Positions 10,412-19,218 of a DNA stretch of 64,000 nt are shown here, piece after piece; the stretch's first letter is position 1; the number at the start of each line of letters is the position of its first letter. The stretch lies in assembly GCA_963829055.1 (NCBI GenBank), contig CAWHHI010000005.1:288001-352000 (forward strand), in the 5' to 3' direction. Below the pieces are notes generated by a model. The model had not been told where the DNA came from and did no database searches. It saw only the letters and a list, made by a program, of their open reading frames with translations. This stretch comes from an uncultured Gemmatimonadaceae bacterium. Its GTDB lineage: Bacteria > Gemmatimonadota > Gemmatimonadetes > Gemmatimonadales > Gemmatimonadaceae. The translations under genes were made by a program, and so were the position numbers.

Positions 10412-11157
10412 GCCGCGTCCTGGGAGCGCGTTTCGAACACCGTGGCGCTCGGGCCCGCGAGGACGATGTCCCAGCGCCATCCGAGCGCCCAGTGCGCCTC
10501 GGTCACGTCGTGCGCGTAGGCCGCGACGAGGCGCGGGCGCGCGCGCTCCGGTACCGCGTTGAAGATGGGATCGAGCGGAAGCAGCGGATCGTCCGGGAAG
10601 TACATCTGCGTTACGAGCCGCTGATGCCACGACGGCGCGAGCACCGAGAAGTGAATGTGCGCCGGCCGCCACGCGTTGTGATGGTTGCCCCACGGGTACG
10701 CGCCCGGGCGGACAGTGAGGAAGCGGTATTCGCCGCTGTCGGCCGTTAGGCACCGGCCCACGCCCAGGAAATGGGGATCGAGCGGACCCGGCCAGTCATC
10801 GCGCTTGTGGATGTAGCGGCCGGCCGCGTTCGCCTGCCACACTTCCAGCAGCGCGCCATCGACTGGCACGCCGTTCTCATCGATGACTCGGCCGGTGACG
10901 ATGATCCGCTGACCTAACGCCTCGCCGCCCGTCCCCGCGTTGCGGGTGAGGTCGGCGTCCTCGGGCGTCACGAGCGCGGTGTCGTGCCGCGGCGTGATCA
11001 GCTCGGATGCCGTCAGCGGGACGTCGACGAGCGGCAACCGCGGCGCGCGCCGAATCGTCGAGCGGTAGGCCTCGTAGAGGTACGGCGGAAACACGGCCGC
11101 GTCTCCGCGCACGATCTCGCCGATGGTCGTGATCACCGGGGGATCACCGGGGCTCAT
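10408..11157 (-). CDS. pcaH: Protocatechuate 3,4-dioxygenase beta subunit
   Basis: WQANAAGRYIH, PGAYPWGNH, WRPAHIHFS and LVTQMYF (Fe-ligand Tyr/His motifs). ATG at 11157. Confidence 0.95.
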   Translation of the reverse strand: MSPGDPPVITTIGEIVRGDAAVFPPYLYEAYRSTIRRAPRLPLVDVPLTASELITPRHDTALVTPEDADLTRNAGTGGEALGQRIIVTGRVIDENGVPVDGALLEVWQANAAGRYIHKRDDWPGPLDPHFLGVGRCLTADSGEYRFLTVRPGAYPWGNHHNAWRPAHIHFSVLAPSWHQRLVTQMYFPDDPLLPLDPIFNAVPERARPRLVAAYAHDVTEAHWALGWRWDIVLAGPSATVFETRSQDAA

Positions 11158-11561
11158 CGCCGGTCGGAAGGACCGTTCTCGCCAGGGCGAACGCGCTGTT
11201 GGCCGCCGGGATGCCGGCGTACACGGCGACGTGCAACAGCGCCTCACGAATCTCCTCCGGCGTCGCGCCCGTGTTCCGCGTCGCCCGGAGATGCAGTTCC
11301 AGCTCCTCACGCCTGCCTAACGCAGCCAGCAGCGCGATCGTGATGAGGCTGCGGGTTTTCACGTCGATCCCCTCGCGCGCCCACACCGAGCCCCACGCGA
11401 CCTCGGTGATGAACTGCTGGAACGGCGCGTCGAACGCCGTCTGCGCCGCGGTCGCGCGATCGACGTGCTCGGGACCGAGCACCGAGCGACGCACGCGCAG
11501 GCCGTCCTGAAAGCGCGTGCTGTCGAGGCGCGGTACCGGCGTCCGGCTCGTCGTTAGGCAT
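11144..11561 (-). CDS. pcaC: 4-carboxymuconolactone decarboxylase (probable frameshift near 5' end)
   Basis: GLRVRRSVLG...FQQFITEVAWGSVW...RSLITIALL...HVAVYAGIPAANSAF. Confidence 0.9.
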
Positions 11562-12774
11562 GCTCGTACCCCACATAGTTTTCGGCCAGGCTGGTCGCCG
11601 CCGCCCGCGATCCCACGACGTACCGCAACTGCGCGAGCTGCAGCTTATGGTGAAAGGCGTCGCCGTCGGGAACGCGGTGCAGCATCGACGTCATCCACCA
11701 GGAGAAGTGTTCCGCCCGCCACACCCGCCGGAGGCAGGTCCGTGAATACGCGTCGAGCAGCGCTCTGTCGCCCGTACGATACCACTCCGCGACGGCGGCG
11801 CCGAGTACCCGGACGTCCGCAATGGCGAGGTTCATCCCTTTGGCACCGGTGGGCGGGACGACGTGAGCCGCGTCGCCGGCGAGGAACAGCCGCCCCCACT
11901 GCATCGGTTCCATCACCGAGCTGCGCATGGTAGTCACGCTCTTCTCGAGCACTGGTCCCGCCTCGAGGCGCCAGCCGTCAGCCGTCTCGAGTCGCGCGCG
12001 CAACTCGTCCCAGATGCGATCGTCGGGCCAGGCATCGAGCGCGTCGTCCGGTGCGCACTGTACGTACAGGCGCGTGATCGACGGCGTCCGCATGCTGTGC
12101 AGCGCGAACCCGCGGTCGTGATAGGCGTAGATCAGCTCATCGAGTGACGGCGGCACCGCGGCGAGGATGCCAAGCCACGCGAACGGGTAGGTCCGCTCGA
12201 ACACGCGATAGGCGTCGTCGGGAATCGATCCGCGCGAGATGCCATGCGACCCATCGCATCCTGCGATGATGTCGCATTCGATCTCGCGCACAGCATCACC
12301 AGAACGAAAGCGGACGCGCGGCCGGTCGGAGTCGACGTCGTGCAGGCTGACGTCGTTCGCTTCGAAGCAGATGTCCCGGCCGGTCGCGAGCCGCGCCCCG
12401 ATGAGGTCCTTCACGACCTCGTGCTGGCCATACACGGTGATGGAGCGACCGCCGCTGAGCTCCGTGAGCGGAATGCGGTGCCGTTCTCCCTCGAACTGCA
12501 GATGAATGCCGTGATGGACGAGTCCTTCGCGATCCATCCGGTCGCCGACGCCGAGCGCGCGGAACAGGTCGACGGTTCCCTGCTCCAGCACGCCCGCGCG
12601 CAGTCGTCGCTCGACGTACGCGCGATCACGCCGCTCGATGATCACGGAGTCGATCCCGTGATGGTGCAGCAGATGCCCCAGCGTGAGCCCCGCCGGCCCG
12701 GCTCCGATGATCGCGACCTGTGTGCGGGTCGACTCGTGTCCCGTCATGCCGGCGGCGCCTAACGTGCCGACCAT
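11554..12774 (-). CDS. pobA: 4-hydroxybenzoate 3-monooxygenase
   Basis: TQVAIIGAGPAGL, RAGVLEQGT, YGQHEV, GCDG, GDAAHVVPPTGAKGMNLA and LAENYVG. Confidence 0.96.
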   Translation of the reverse strand: MVGTLGAAGMTGHESTRTQVAIIGAGPAGLTLGHLLHHHGIDSVIIERRDRAYVERRLRAGVLEQGTVDLFRALGVGDRMDREGLVHHGIHLQFEGERHRIPLTELSGGRSITVYGQHEVVKDLIGARLATGRDICFEANDVSLHDVDSDRPRVRFRSGDAVREIECDIIAGCDGSHGISRGSIPDDAYRVFERTYPFAWLGILAAVPPSLDELIYAYHDRGFALHSMRTPSITRLYVQCAPDDALDAWPDDRIWDELRARLETADGWRLEAGPVLEKSVTTMRSSVMEPMQWGRLFLAGDAAHVVPPTGAKGMNLAIADVRVLGAAVAEWYRTGDRALLDAYSRTCLRRVWRAEHFSWWMTSMLHRVPDGDAFHHKLQLAQLRYVVGSRAAATSLAENYVGYEHA

Positions 12775-12776
12775 CT

Positions 12777-12805
12777 AGTGGATTGCGAGCAAGTGGATTG
12801 CGAGC
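12777..12805. repeat. 14-bp direct repeat AGTGGATTGCGAGC x2 just upstream of pobA
   Basis: Copies at 12777-12790 and 12792-12805. Confidence 0.8.
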
Positions 12806-12808
12806 GAG

Positions 12809-12935
12809 ATGTTGAGAGCAGGCGAGGCGGGCCGTATTGCCGGATTTGGCAAACGGGCGACGTGCTGTGACGGCCGCGTTGCGCTGCGCCTTTGCCAAAT
12901 CCGGCAATGAGGCCAGAATCGCCTGCTCTCAACAT
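12809..12935. repeat. 127-bp imperfect palindrome with two perfect arms (17 bp and 18 bp)
   Basis: ATGTTGAGAGCAGGCGA (12809-12825) pairs with 12919-12935; ATTGCCGGATTTGGCAAA (12836-12853) pairs with 12891-12908. Confidence 0.85.
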
Positions 12936-12954
12936 TCTTCACACGCCCGCTCCA

Positions 12955-13761
12955 CTAGCGGGCCTCGAACGTGAGCGTCGCCCACTTCGATTCGTAGTTC
13001 ACGCTGTCGCCCGTGACGGGCACCATGTGAATGAACTTGATGTACCAGTACCCTCGAGCGCTGAGCCGCACGCGTGCCACGCCGCTGGTGTCCGACCGAA
13101 CGTTCTGCACCGCCAGCCGTTCCCCGTCAGGGTCGCGTCCACCGGCAACGACGAGCTGATTGCGGACCGGACGCCCGTCCACGAGCGTTCGAACGCGAAC
13201 GGTCTGCCCGACCTTCAACGCGTACGGGTTGTCGAGCGGCACCACCTCCGCCGGGTAGCCGAGGGCCATGTCGAAGCCCGGCGTTCGCGCATTGCCGGCC
13301 TGCAACATCGTCTTCACGTGCTTGGAGTACCGCTCGTGCGACGATTTCTGGAGATCACCGGACTTGCGGCGAGCCTCGAGAACGTCCGGCAGGCCGTCCG
13401 ACGCGAGGTACTCGTTGAACGCTTTCGCGTCGAGCTTCAGTGTACGTGGGAGCGTCAATGCACCCACGACGTAGGTGCCCGGTCCCCCAACGCGAACGCT
13501 GACGACACTCGTGTCACCGGTATCGAGCCACCCGGCCGTATCGGCGCGCTGGCGCCCCGTCGGCCCGACGACGCTCAGGTCACTCACTCGATTCCTCGTG
13601 ACGGCGTTCTCGCTCTTCTCGAACGTCCCGTTGAGCACCCTGACGCGCGCCTGGCTTTGCGGTTCGACGAAGAATCGGAACGGCTTGAGGAAGAGGTCGT
13701 GCGCGGCGACCGAACGCGCGATGGCGAGGATGAGAAGCACGACCACGGCAATGCGTCGCAT
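12955..13761 (-). CDS. DUF4198 family periplasmic protein
   Basis: Signal peptide then AHDLFLKP; ERYSKHVKT, EVVPLDNPY and YESKWATLTF. Confidence 0.85.
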   Translation of the reverse strand: MRRIAVVVLLILAIARSVAAHDLFLKPFRFFVEPQSQARVRVLNGTFEKSENAVTRNRVSDLSVVGPTGRQRADTAGWLDTGDTSVVSVRVGGPGTYVVGALTLPRTLKLDAKAFNEYLASDGLPDVLEARRKSGDLQKSSHERYSKHVKTMLQAGNARTPGFDMALGYPAEVVPLDNPYALKVGQTVRVRTLVDGRPVRNQLVVAGGRDPDGERLAVQNVRSDTSGVARVRLSARGYWYIKFIHMVPVTGDSVNYESKWATLTFEAR

Positions 13762-13913
13762 GAGCGAACCTCGATTGGGTTGAGCGATGCCGGCTCCGAC
13801 ATTGGCAGCGCGACAACTAACAAGGGTTCGCCAACTGGTCTTGTCAATTCTCCGGCAAGCCTTGCTGCCACTGCACCTCGGAGTGATCGTCGATCAGCCC
13901 TCTCCCTCTCGAT

Positions 13914-15452
13914 ATGCAACGCCGCGACTTCCTGATCGATCTCACGCGCTACGCCGCGCTTGCCGCCATCGTTCCTAACGACTGGCGTGTGCTCCACCAT
14001 CCGCGCTTCGCGGACGACCCCTTCACGTTGGGGCTCGCGTCGGGCGATCCGACTCCGACCACGATCATGCTGTGGACGCGTCTCGCGCCCAAGCCGCTCG
14101 AGCCGTCCGGCGGGATGGAGGGACTCAGGGCGATGGTCGGCTGGGAGGTCGCCGAAGACGAGAAGTTCACGCAGATCGTGAAACGCGGCACCGCCACGGC
14201 CGCGCCGGAGCTCGGCTACAGCGTACACGTCGATGTCGACGGCCTTGCTCCGAACCGCTGGTACTTCTACCGGTTCCGCTCAGGACAGGCGGAGAGCGTC
14301 GTCGGACGTACGCGCACCGCGCCGGCCGCGGGAACGATGGCCCCGCTCGCACTGGCCCTCGCCTCCTGCCAGCATTACGAGCAGGGCTACTACACGGCGT
14401 ACGAGCACATGGCGCGCGAGGAGCTGGACGCTGTCGCGTTCCTCGGCGACTACATCTACGAGTCCGGCCCGAACCGCGCCAACCCGCGTCAGCACTCGAA
14501 CGCCGAGCCGTCGACGATCGAGGGATATCGGACCCGTTATGCGCAGTACAAGTCGGATCCCGCGCTGCAGGCGATGCACGCGCGCTGCCCGTGGATGCTG
14601 ATCACCGACGATCACGAGGTCGACAACAACTACGCCGGGCTCGTGAGTGAGAACGAGATGGAATCAGTGGACCAGGTACACGCGCGTCGCGCCGCCGCGT
14701 ATCAGGCGTGGTGGGAACACCAACCGGTGCGAGTGCCGCGCGCCAACTCGTGGGCCGATCTCGTGCAGATGCGGCGCGTCGACTGGGGCGACCTCGCGCG
14801 CATTCATCTGCTCGACGGACGACAGTACCGCGACGACCAGGCGTGCGGCGACGGCGACCGCGAGGTTCCCTGCGGCAACTGGGCCGACGTGAAACGCACG
14901 ATGCTCGGCGACGCGCAGGAAAAATGGCTGAGCGAGGGCCTGCGCACGTCGAAGCATCGCTGGCAGGTGCTCGCCAATCAGGTGATGCTCGCACCGTTCG
15001 ATCGCGCGGTGGGCCCGAAGCGCCAAACGAGCATGGACAAGTGGAGCGGGTATCCCGCGGCGACCGAGCGCCTGCTTGGATCGATCGCCAGGTATGCGCC
15101 TAACAGGACCGTCACGATCACGGGCGACATCCACTCCAACTGGGTGAACGAGCTTCACGACGGATTCGCGCGCGACGACCGCCCGATCGTGGGTGCGGAG
15201 TTCGTCACCACCAGCATCTCGTCAGGCGGAGACGGGAGCGACCGCAGCTTCCTCTCGGAGGAACAGCAGGGCGAGAACCGGCACGTGAAGTGGCAGAACA
15301 GCCGGCGCGGCTACGTCGTGTGCCGAGCCGACCGCGACGCCTGGCACGCGGAGTACAGGACGGTCTCCTATGTCATGAAGCCGGGGGCGCCGGTGGAGAC
15401 GCCGACGAAGTGGCGCGTCGAACACGGGCGGCCGGGAATTCTCCCCGGCTGA
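13914..15452 (+). CDS. phoD: Alkaline phosphatase D family protein (Tat-exported)
   Basis: Tat motif QRRDFL; FTLGLASGDP, FLGDYIYE, DDHEVDNNY, LDGRQYRDDQ and TGDIH. Confidence 0.93.
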   Translation: MQRRDFLIDLTRYAALAAIVPNDWRVLHHPRFADDPFTLGLASGDPTPTTIMLWTRLAPKPLEPSGGMEGLRAMVGWEVAEDEKFTQIVKRGTATAAPELGYSVHVDVDGLAPNRWYFYRFRSGQAESVVGRTRTAPAAGTMAPLALALASCQHYEQGYYTAYEHMAREELDAVAFLGDYIYESGPNRANPRQHSNAEPSTIEGYRTRYAQYKSDPALQAMHARCPWMLITDDHEVDNNYAGLVSENEMESVDQVHARRAAAYQAWWEHQPVRVPRANSWADLVQMRRVDWGDLARIHLLDGRQYRDDQACGDGDREVPCGNWADVKRTMLGDAQEKWLSEGLRTSKHRWQVLANQVMLAPFDRAVGPKRQTSMDKWSGYPAATERLLGSIARYAPNRTVTITGDIHSNWVNELHDGFARDDRPIVGAEFVTTSISSGGDGSDRSFLSEEQQGENRHVKWQNSRRGYVVCRADRDAWHAEYRTVSYVMKPGAPVETPTKWRVEHGRPGILPG

Positions 15453-15523
15453 CGGCACCAACGCGATCTCCGGCCGTCTATCCGCCTAACGGCGCCGCGG
15501 CTTCAGGATGTCCCTCACCGTCC

Positions 15524-18500
15524 TCACTGCTTCGTCGGCTGCACCGTCTGCACGCCCTCCGTGGCCCAGAAAAACTTCCGGAACGGCTTCGACTCTGGCC
15601 ACACCTGGTCCAGCGTGTCGCCATCGTACAGGACACCGCTCTTCATCACGTAACGAATGTCGGTCGAGTTGCGGATGTTGACCAGTGGATCGCTGTTGAG
15701 CACCACGAGGTCTGCGAGCTTCCCGACGACGATTGAGCCGATGTCCTGGTCGACGCCGATGAATTTGGCCGGGAACAGCGTGGCGGTGCGGAGCGCCTGC
15801 ATCGGTGTCATGGCGCTCGCCATCTGCCAGAGCTCGAAGTGTGAGTCGATCCCCTGCAGTTGACCATGCGCGCCGATCGCGCCGTAGCCGCCGGCGGCGA
15901 CGATGTCGGCCACGCCCTGGGCCGTGATAGGGAACGGATAGGAGGTGACCGGCCGAAGCGTTCGACGCTGCGTGTGCGGATAGAGCCAGCGCCAGGGGAT
16001 GAACCGCTGCAGCTTCGGATTCTTCCAGAGGTCCGATTCCTGGTAGAAATAGTCCTCGCCCCAGGGTCCGGCACCACCGACGTTCAGCGTCGGCGAGTAG
16101 AAGAATCCCGCCTGCCCCAGGAATTGCGTCACGTCGCGGTACAGCGGAAGGGTAAGGATCGGGTGCTCGCACCCCGTATGGCCGTCCATGGCGATGGCCA
16201 GGTACTCCAGGTGATCGGCGTCGCCCTCGCAGGTCACCATCAGCCCAGCCTCCCGTGCTGCCTCGACGGTCTTCTGTCGCTGATCCCGCCGACGCTGCTG
16301 GTACTCCTTGATCGATCGAGCACCGTAGGTCTTCAACCGATTCACTTCGTGCTGCGCGTCCTCGAAGCTCTCGATGATCCCTTGTCGTGCGGTGGTGCGA
16401 CTCGAGAGTGAAGGGCCGGTGCTGTACATGCGCGGTCCGACCTGCGTTCCGGCTTCCACGTCTTCGGCCATCGTGAAAATCGCTTCGGCCGTACCGGAGG
16501 GCTCGAGCGCGGTCGTGATGCCGTGCGCCAGGTTCGACGCCATCTCCCAGCTTTGCTGGGACAGGATCTCGCGGGCCTCTCTGGTGGTGTGCTTGTGGGT
16601 GTCGACGAGTCCAGGGATGATGGTCTTGCCCGTCGCCTCGATCCGCCGCGCCCCCTCGGGGATCGTGATCCTCCCGCTTTCACCCACGGCGGTGATGCGG
16701 CCGTCCTGGACCACGATGTCGCCGCGCGCGATCACGCGATCGCCGTCCATGGTCACTATGCGCGCACCGGTGAGCGCGACTGTACCCTTGCCGAGCGCGC
16801 GCGGTACTTGGAGCGCAACGCGGACGGTGTCCGTGGATCGGCTGTCCACGCGATGCCGGAAGTACCGGTTGGCGCTCCCCCACTCGAGGATTTTGGCGCC
16901 GACCCAATTCGGAAAATTGCCACCCTCGACGCTCAGGCGTCGCGCGAGAATGGCCGGCTGCGCGACGGTCATCGCCACCGGCTCGCCCGCCATGCCCGCC
17001 CAGGCGAATGGGGCCAGGAACATGTTGTCGCCGCGCTGAAACGCGAGCCATTGACCGTCGGGGGAAGGCGCCGCCTCATCGACCGCCTCGAGCGTCATGT
17101 GCGTGCGCGTGTCGAGGCCGTCGAGCTGTACCGATTTCAACGCCGCCCGCGCTCCCTGTCCTCCTCCCCCTCCTCCCTGTGCGGTCTCGAGGTAGAAGAT
17201 TCGTCCGTCGGGCCCGAACTTCGGAGCGACGATTTTCCCCCCTCGGCTCACGACGTCGGTGATGGTCTGGGCGGCGCCTCCAGCCGCCGGCACCCACTCC
17301 AGCGTGAACGAGGCCTCGTCCGATGGCATGCGCCCGCGCAGCATCTCCCCCGACCCTCGGGCCACAACCACCCGCTGCCCGTCGGGTGACCACGCCGGGT
17401 TAGCGTACATCCCCGGAACCTGCGTCAGGCGCTGCGGCGCGCCGCCGGCTTTCTGCACCTTCCACACGTGACCGTACGCGGTGTCCGACCAGCTGGTGAA
17501 GACCAGCCAGTTCCCATCGGGCGACCATGCCGGGGCGTATTCCTGGGCCGTGAACGTCGCGTCGGTGAGCCGGCGCGGCTTCCCGTTAGGCAGGTCCATC
17601 ACCCAGATCTTGTCCACTGCGACGAACGCCAGCACGCGACCGTCGGGCGAGGCCGTGTGATAGCGGATCATGTGGATGTCCAGGGGACCGTCGGGGATCC
17701 GAATCGGCGTGTAGACCTTCTGGGAGATGGTCTTCTCGACGCGGGCCGTGAACGGGATGGTCGTGACGCCGCCGGTCGCGACGTCGAGGCGTCGAAGCTT
17801 CCCTCCTTCGGGGATCACGATCGACTTGCCGTCCGGCGTCCAGCTGTACCGGGGCAGCGCGCCATTGTTGTTCCGCTCCTGCACGTCCGTCGTGATCGGA
17901 TCCATGACCATCCGCTCGGCCCCTGTCTGGAGGTCGCGCAGCCAGAGCGCCGTGCGCGGGCCGTACTCGTGCCCGGCGATCATCTGCGTGCCGTCGGCGA
18001 TGCGGCGGCCGAACGCGAGCCACCGCCCGTCGGGCGAGAGGGCTGGTGCTATGGCACCGCCGCTGGAACGTCGCCCCCCTCCGCCGTCCTGCAGCGGGCC
18101 GACACCACTGGTGATCTCGGCGATCGTTCCCGTCCTCCGGTCCAGGCGCCTGAGCTGATACAGCCCGCGCGCCGGATTGCGGTCTCCGGGGATGTTGCCC
18201 ACGTCCTCATAGTAGATGTACCGGCCGTCCGGTGAGACTTCGGGCCAGGATGCGCTGACGTTTTCGCCGGTGACGCGCACGCCGGCGCCACCATCGATGT
18301 GCCACATCCAGAGCTCGCCGCGGCCGTCGTTGTTCGAGTCTCCGCCCAGTCGCGCGATGATGTAGTTGCCGTCCGGGGTCCAGGCCGGCAACGCCATGCG
18401 CTTCTCGCGCTGATTCGAGACCTTCCGGGGGTTGGAGCCATCCGCGTTCATCACCCAGACGTTCTCCTGGCCATCGCGGTCGGAGATGAACGCGATCTTC

Positions 18501-18835
18501 GAACCGTTAGGCGAGAAGACGGCGTGGTAGTTGAGCGCGATGCCGCTCGCTCGGGTGAGCGGTCGAGCCTCGCCGCCCTCGATCGGCAGGACCCAGATGT
18601 CGCCGACCATGTCGAAGACGATGGTCCGGCCGTCCGGAGACACGTCGGGCGAGAGCCACGTCCCCTCGTCCGTGGTGAAGCTGATCTTGCGCGTCACTCC
18701 GCGCGCCCGGGTTACATCCCAGGGAGGATCCTGGGCCGGGGTTGGGGCCTGAGCCCGGAGCGGAGCCGCTTCGGCGCCGAGGGCCACGATCGCGGCCGCC
18801 ATGCCGGACGCCAAAAGGCGATGCAGGACTGGCAT
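15524..18835 (-). CDS. PD40/TolB beta-propeller + amidohydrolase family protein, secreted
   Basis: Signal peptide, many SPDG/WSPDG repeats, then IIPGLVDTHKH metal site and GSIVVGKLADLVVL. Confidence 0.9.
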   Translation of the reverse strand: MPVLHRLLASGMAAAIVALGAEAAPLRAQAPTPAQDPPWDVTRARGVTRKISFTTDEGTWLSPDVSPDGRTIVFDMVGDIWVLPIEGGEARPLTRASGIALNYHAVFSPNGSKIAFISDRDGQENVWVMNADGSNPRKVSNQREKRMALPAWTPDGNYIIARLGGDSNNDGRGELWMWHIDGGAGVRVTGENVSASWPEVSPDGRYIYYEDVGNIPGDRNPARGLYQLRRLDRRTGTIAEITSGVGPLQDGGGGRRSSGGAIAPALSPDGRWLAFGRRIADGTQMIAGHEYGPRTALWLRDLQTGAERMVMDPITTDVQERNNNGALPRYSWTPDGKSIVIPEGGKLRRLDVATGGVTTIPFTARVEKTISQKVYTPIRIPDGPLDIHMIRYHTASPDGRVLAFVAVDKIWVMDLPNGKPRRLTDATFTAQEYAPAWSPDGNWLVFTSWSDTAYGHVWKVQKAGGAPQRLTQVPGMYANPAWSPDGQRVVVARGSGEMLRGRMPSDEASFTLEWVPAAGGAAQTITDVVSRGGKIVAPKFGPDGRIFYLETAQGGGGGGQGARAALKSVQLDGLDTRTHMTLEAVDEAAPSPDGQWLAFQRGDNMFLAPFAWAGMAGEPVAMTVAQPAILARRLSVEGGNFPNWVGAKILEWGSANRYFRHRVDSRSTDTVRVALQVPRALGKGTVALTGARIVTMDGDRVIARGDIVVQDGRITAVGESGRITIPEGARRIEATGKTIIPGLVDTHKHTTREAREILSQQSWEMASNLAHGITTALEPSGTAEAIFTMAEDVEAGTQVGPRMYSTGPSLSSRTTARQGIIESFEDAQHEVNRLKTYGARSIKEYQQRRRDQRQKTVEAAREAGLMVTCEGDADHLEYLAIAMDGHTGCEHPILTLPLYRDVTQFLGQAGFFYSPTLNVGGAGPWGEDYFYQESDLWKNPKLQRFIPWRWLYPHTQRRTLRPVTSYPFPITAQGVADIVAAGGYGAIGAHGQLQGIDSHFELWQMASAMTPMQALRTATLFPAKFIGVDQDIGSIVVGKLADLVVLNSDPLVNIRNSTDIRYVMKSGVLYDGDTLDQVWPESKPFRKFFWATEGVQTVQPTKQ

Positions 18836-19218
18836 TCGTGTGCTCCTGGGGAACCTCTGCGCAGGCTACCAGAGGCGGAGACAATCGCCGCGTGCCGCTC
18901 GATCGTTAGGCGTTAGGCGATCGATGGGCGCTCGTGTGCAGAGGATCCCTGAGTCTTGGGGTGAAGTTGAGAGCTCGCCCCGACCGTACGGTCGAGTCGA
19001 GTGCCTGTCAAGGAAGTGGCCCCAAGGGATGCCAGCTGAGCCGCTGACCCATTGACAAGTGTTCCTACCATCACACTCTTTGTCGCCTGGTCCCGGCCGA
19101 ATGGTGGGTGATCCCATGGCGATTGACCTGGAAGGATGTCGTGATGTGTGCGGGCCCGTCCTCCATTGGCGCCGCCTCTCGACTGTGCCTCTTCCCCCCC
19201 CCGAGAAAGGAGCCGCCT

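Noticed and set aside
18904..18917. Tandem CGTTAGG as telomere-like or CRISPR repeat
   Set aside because: Only two 7-mers with no spacer structure; treated as part of the dispersed motif.
19052..19080. TTGACA -35 box upstream of the SusC-like gene
   Set aside because: No convincing -10 hexamer at 16-18 bp spacing.
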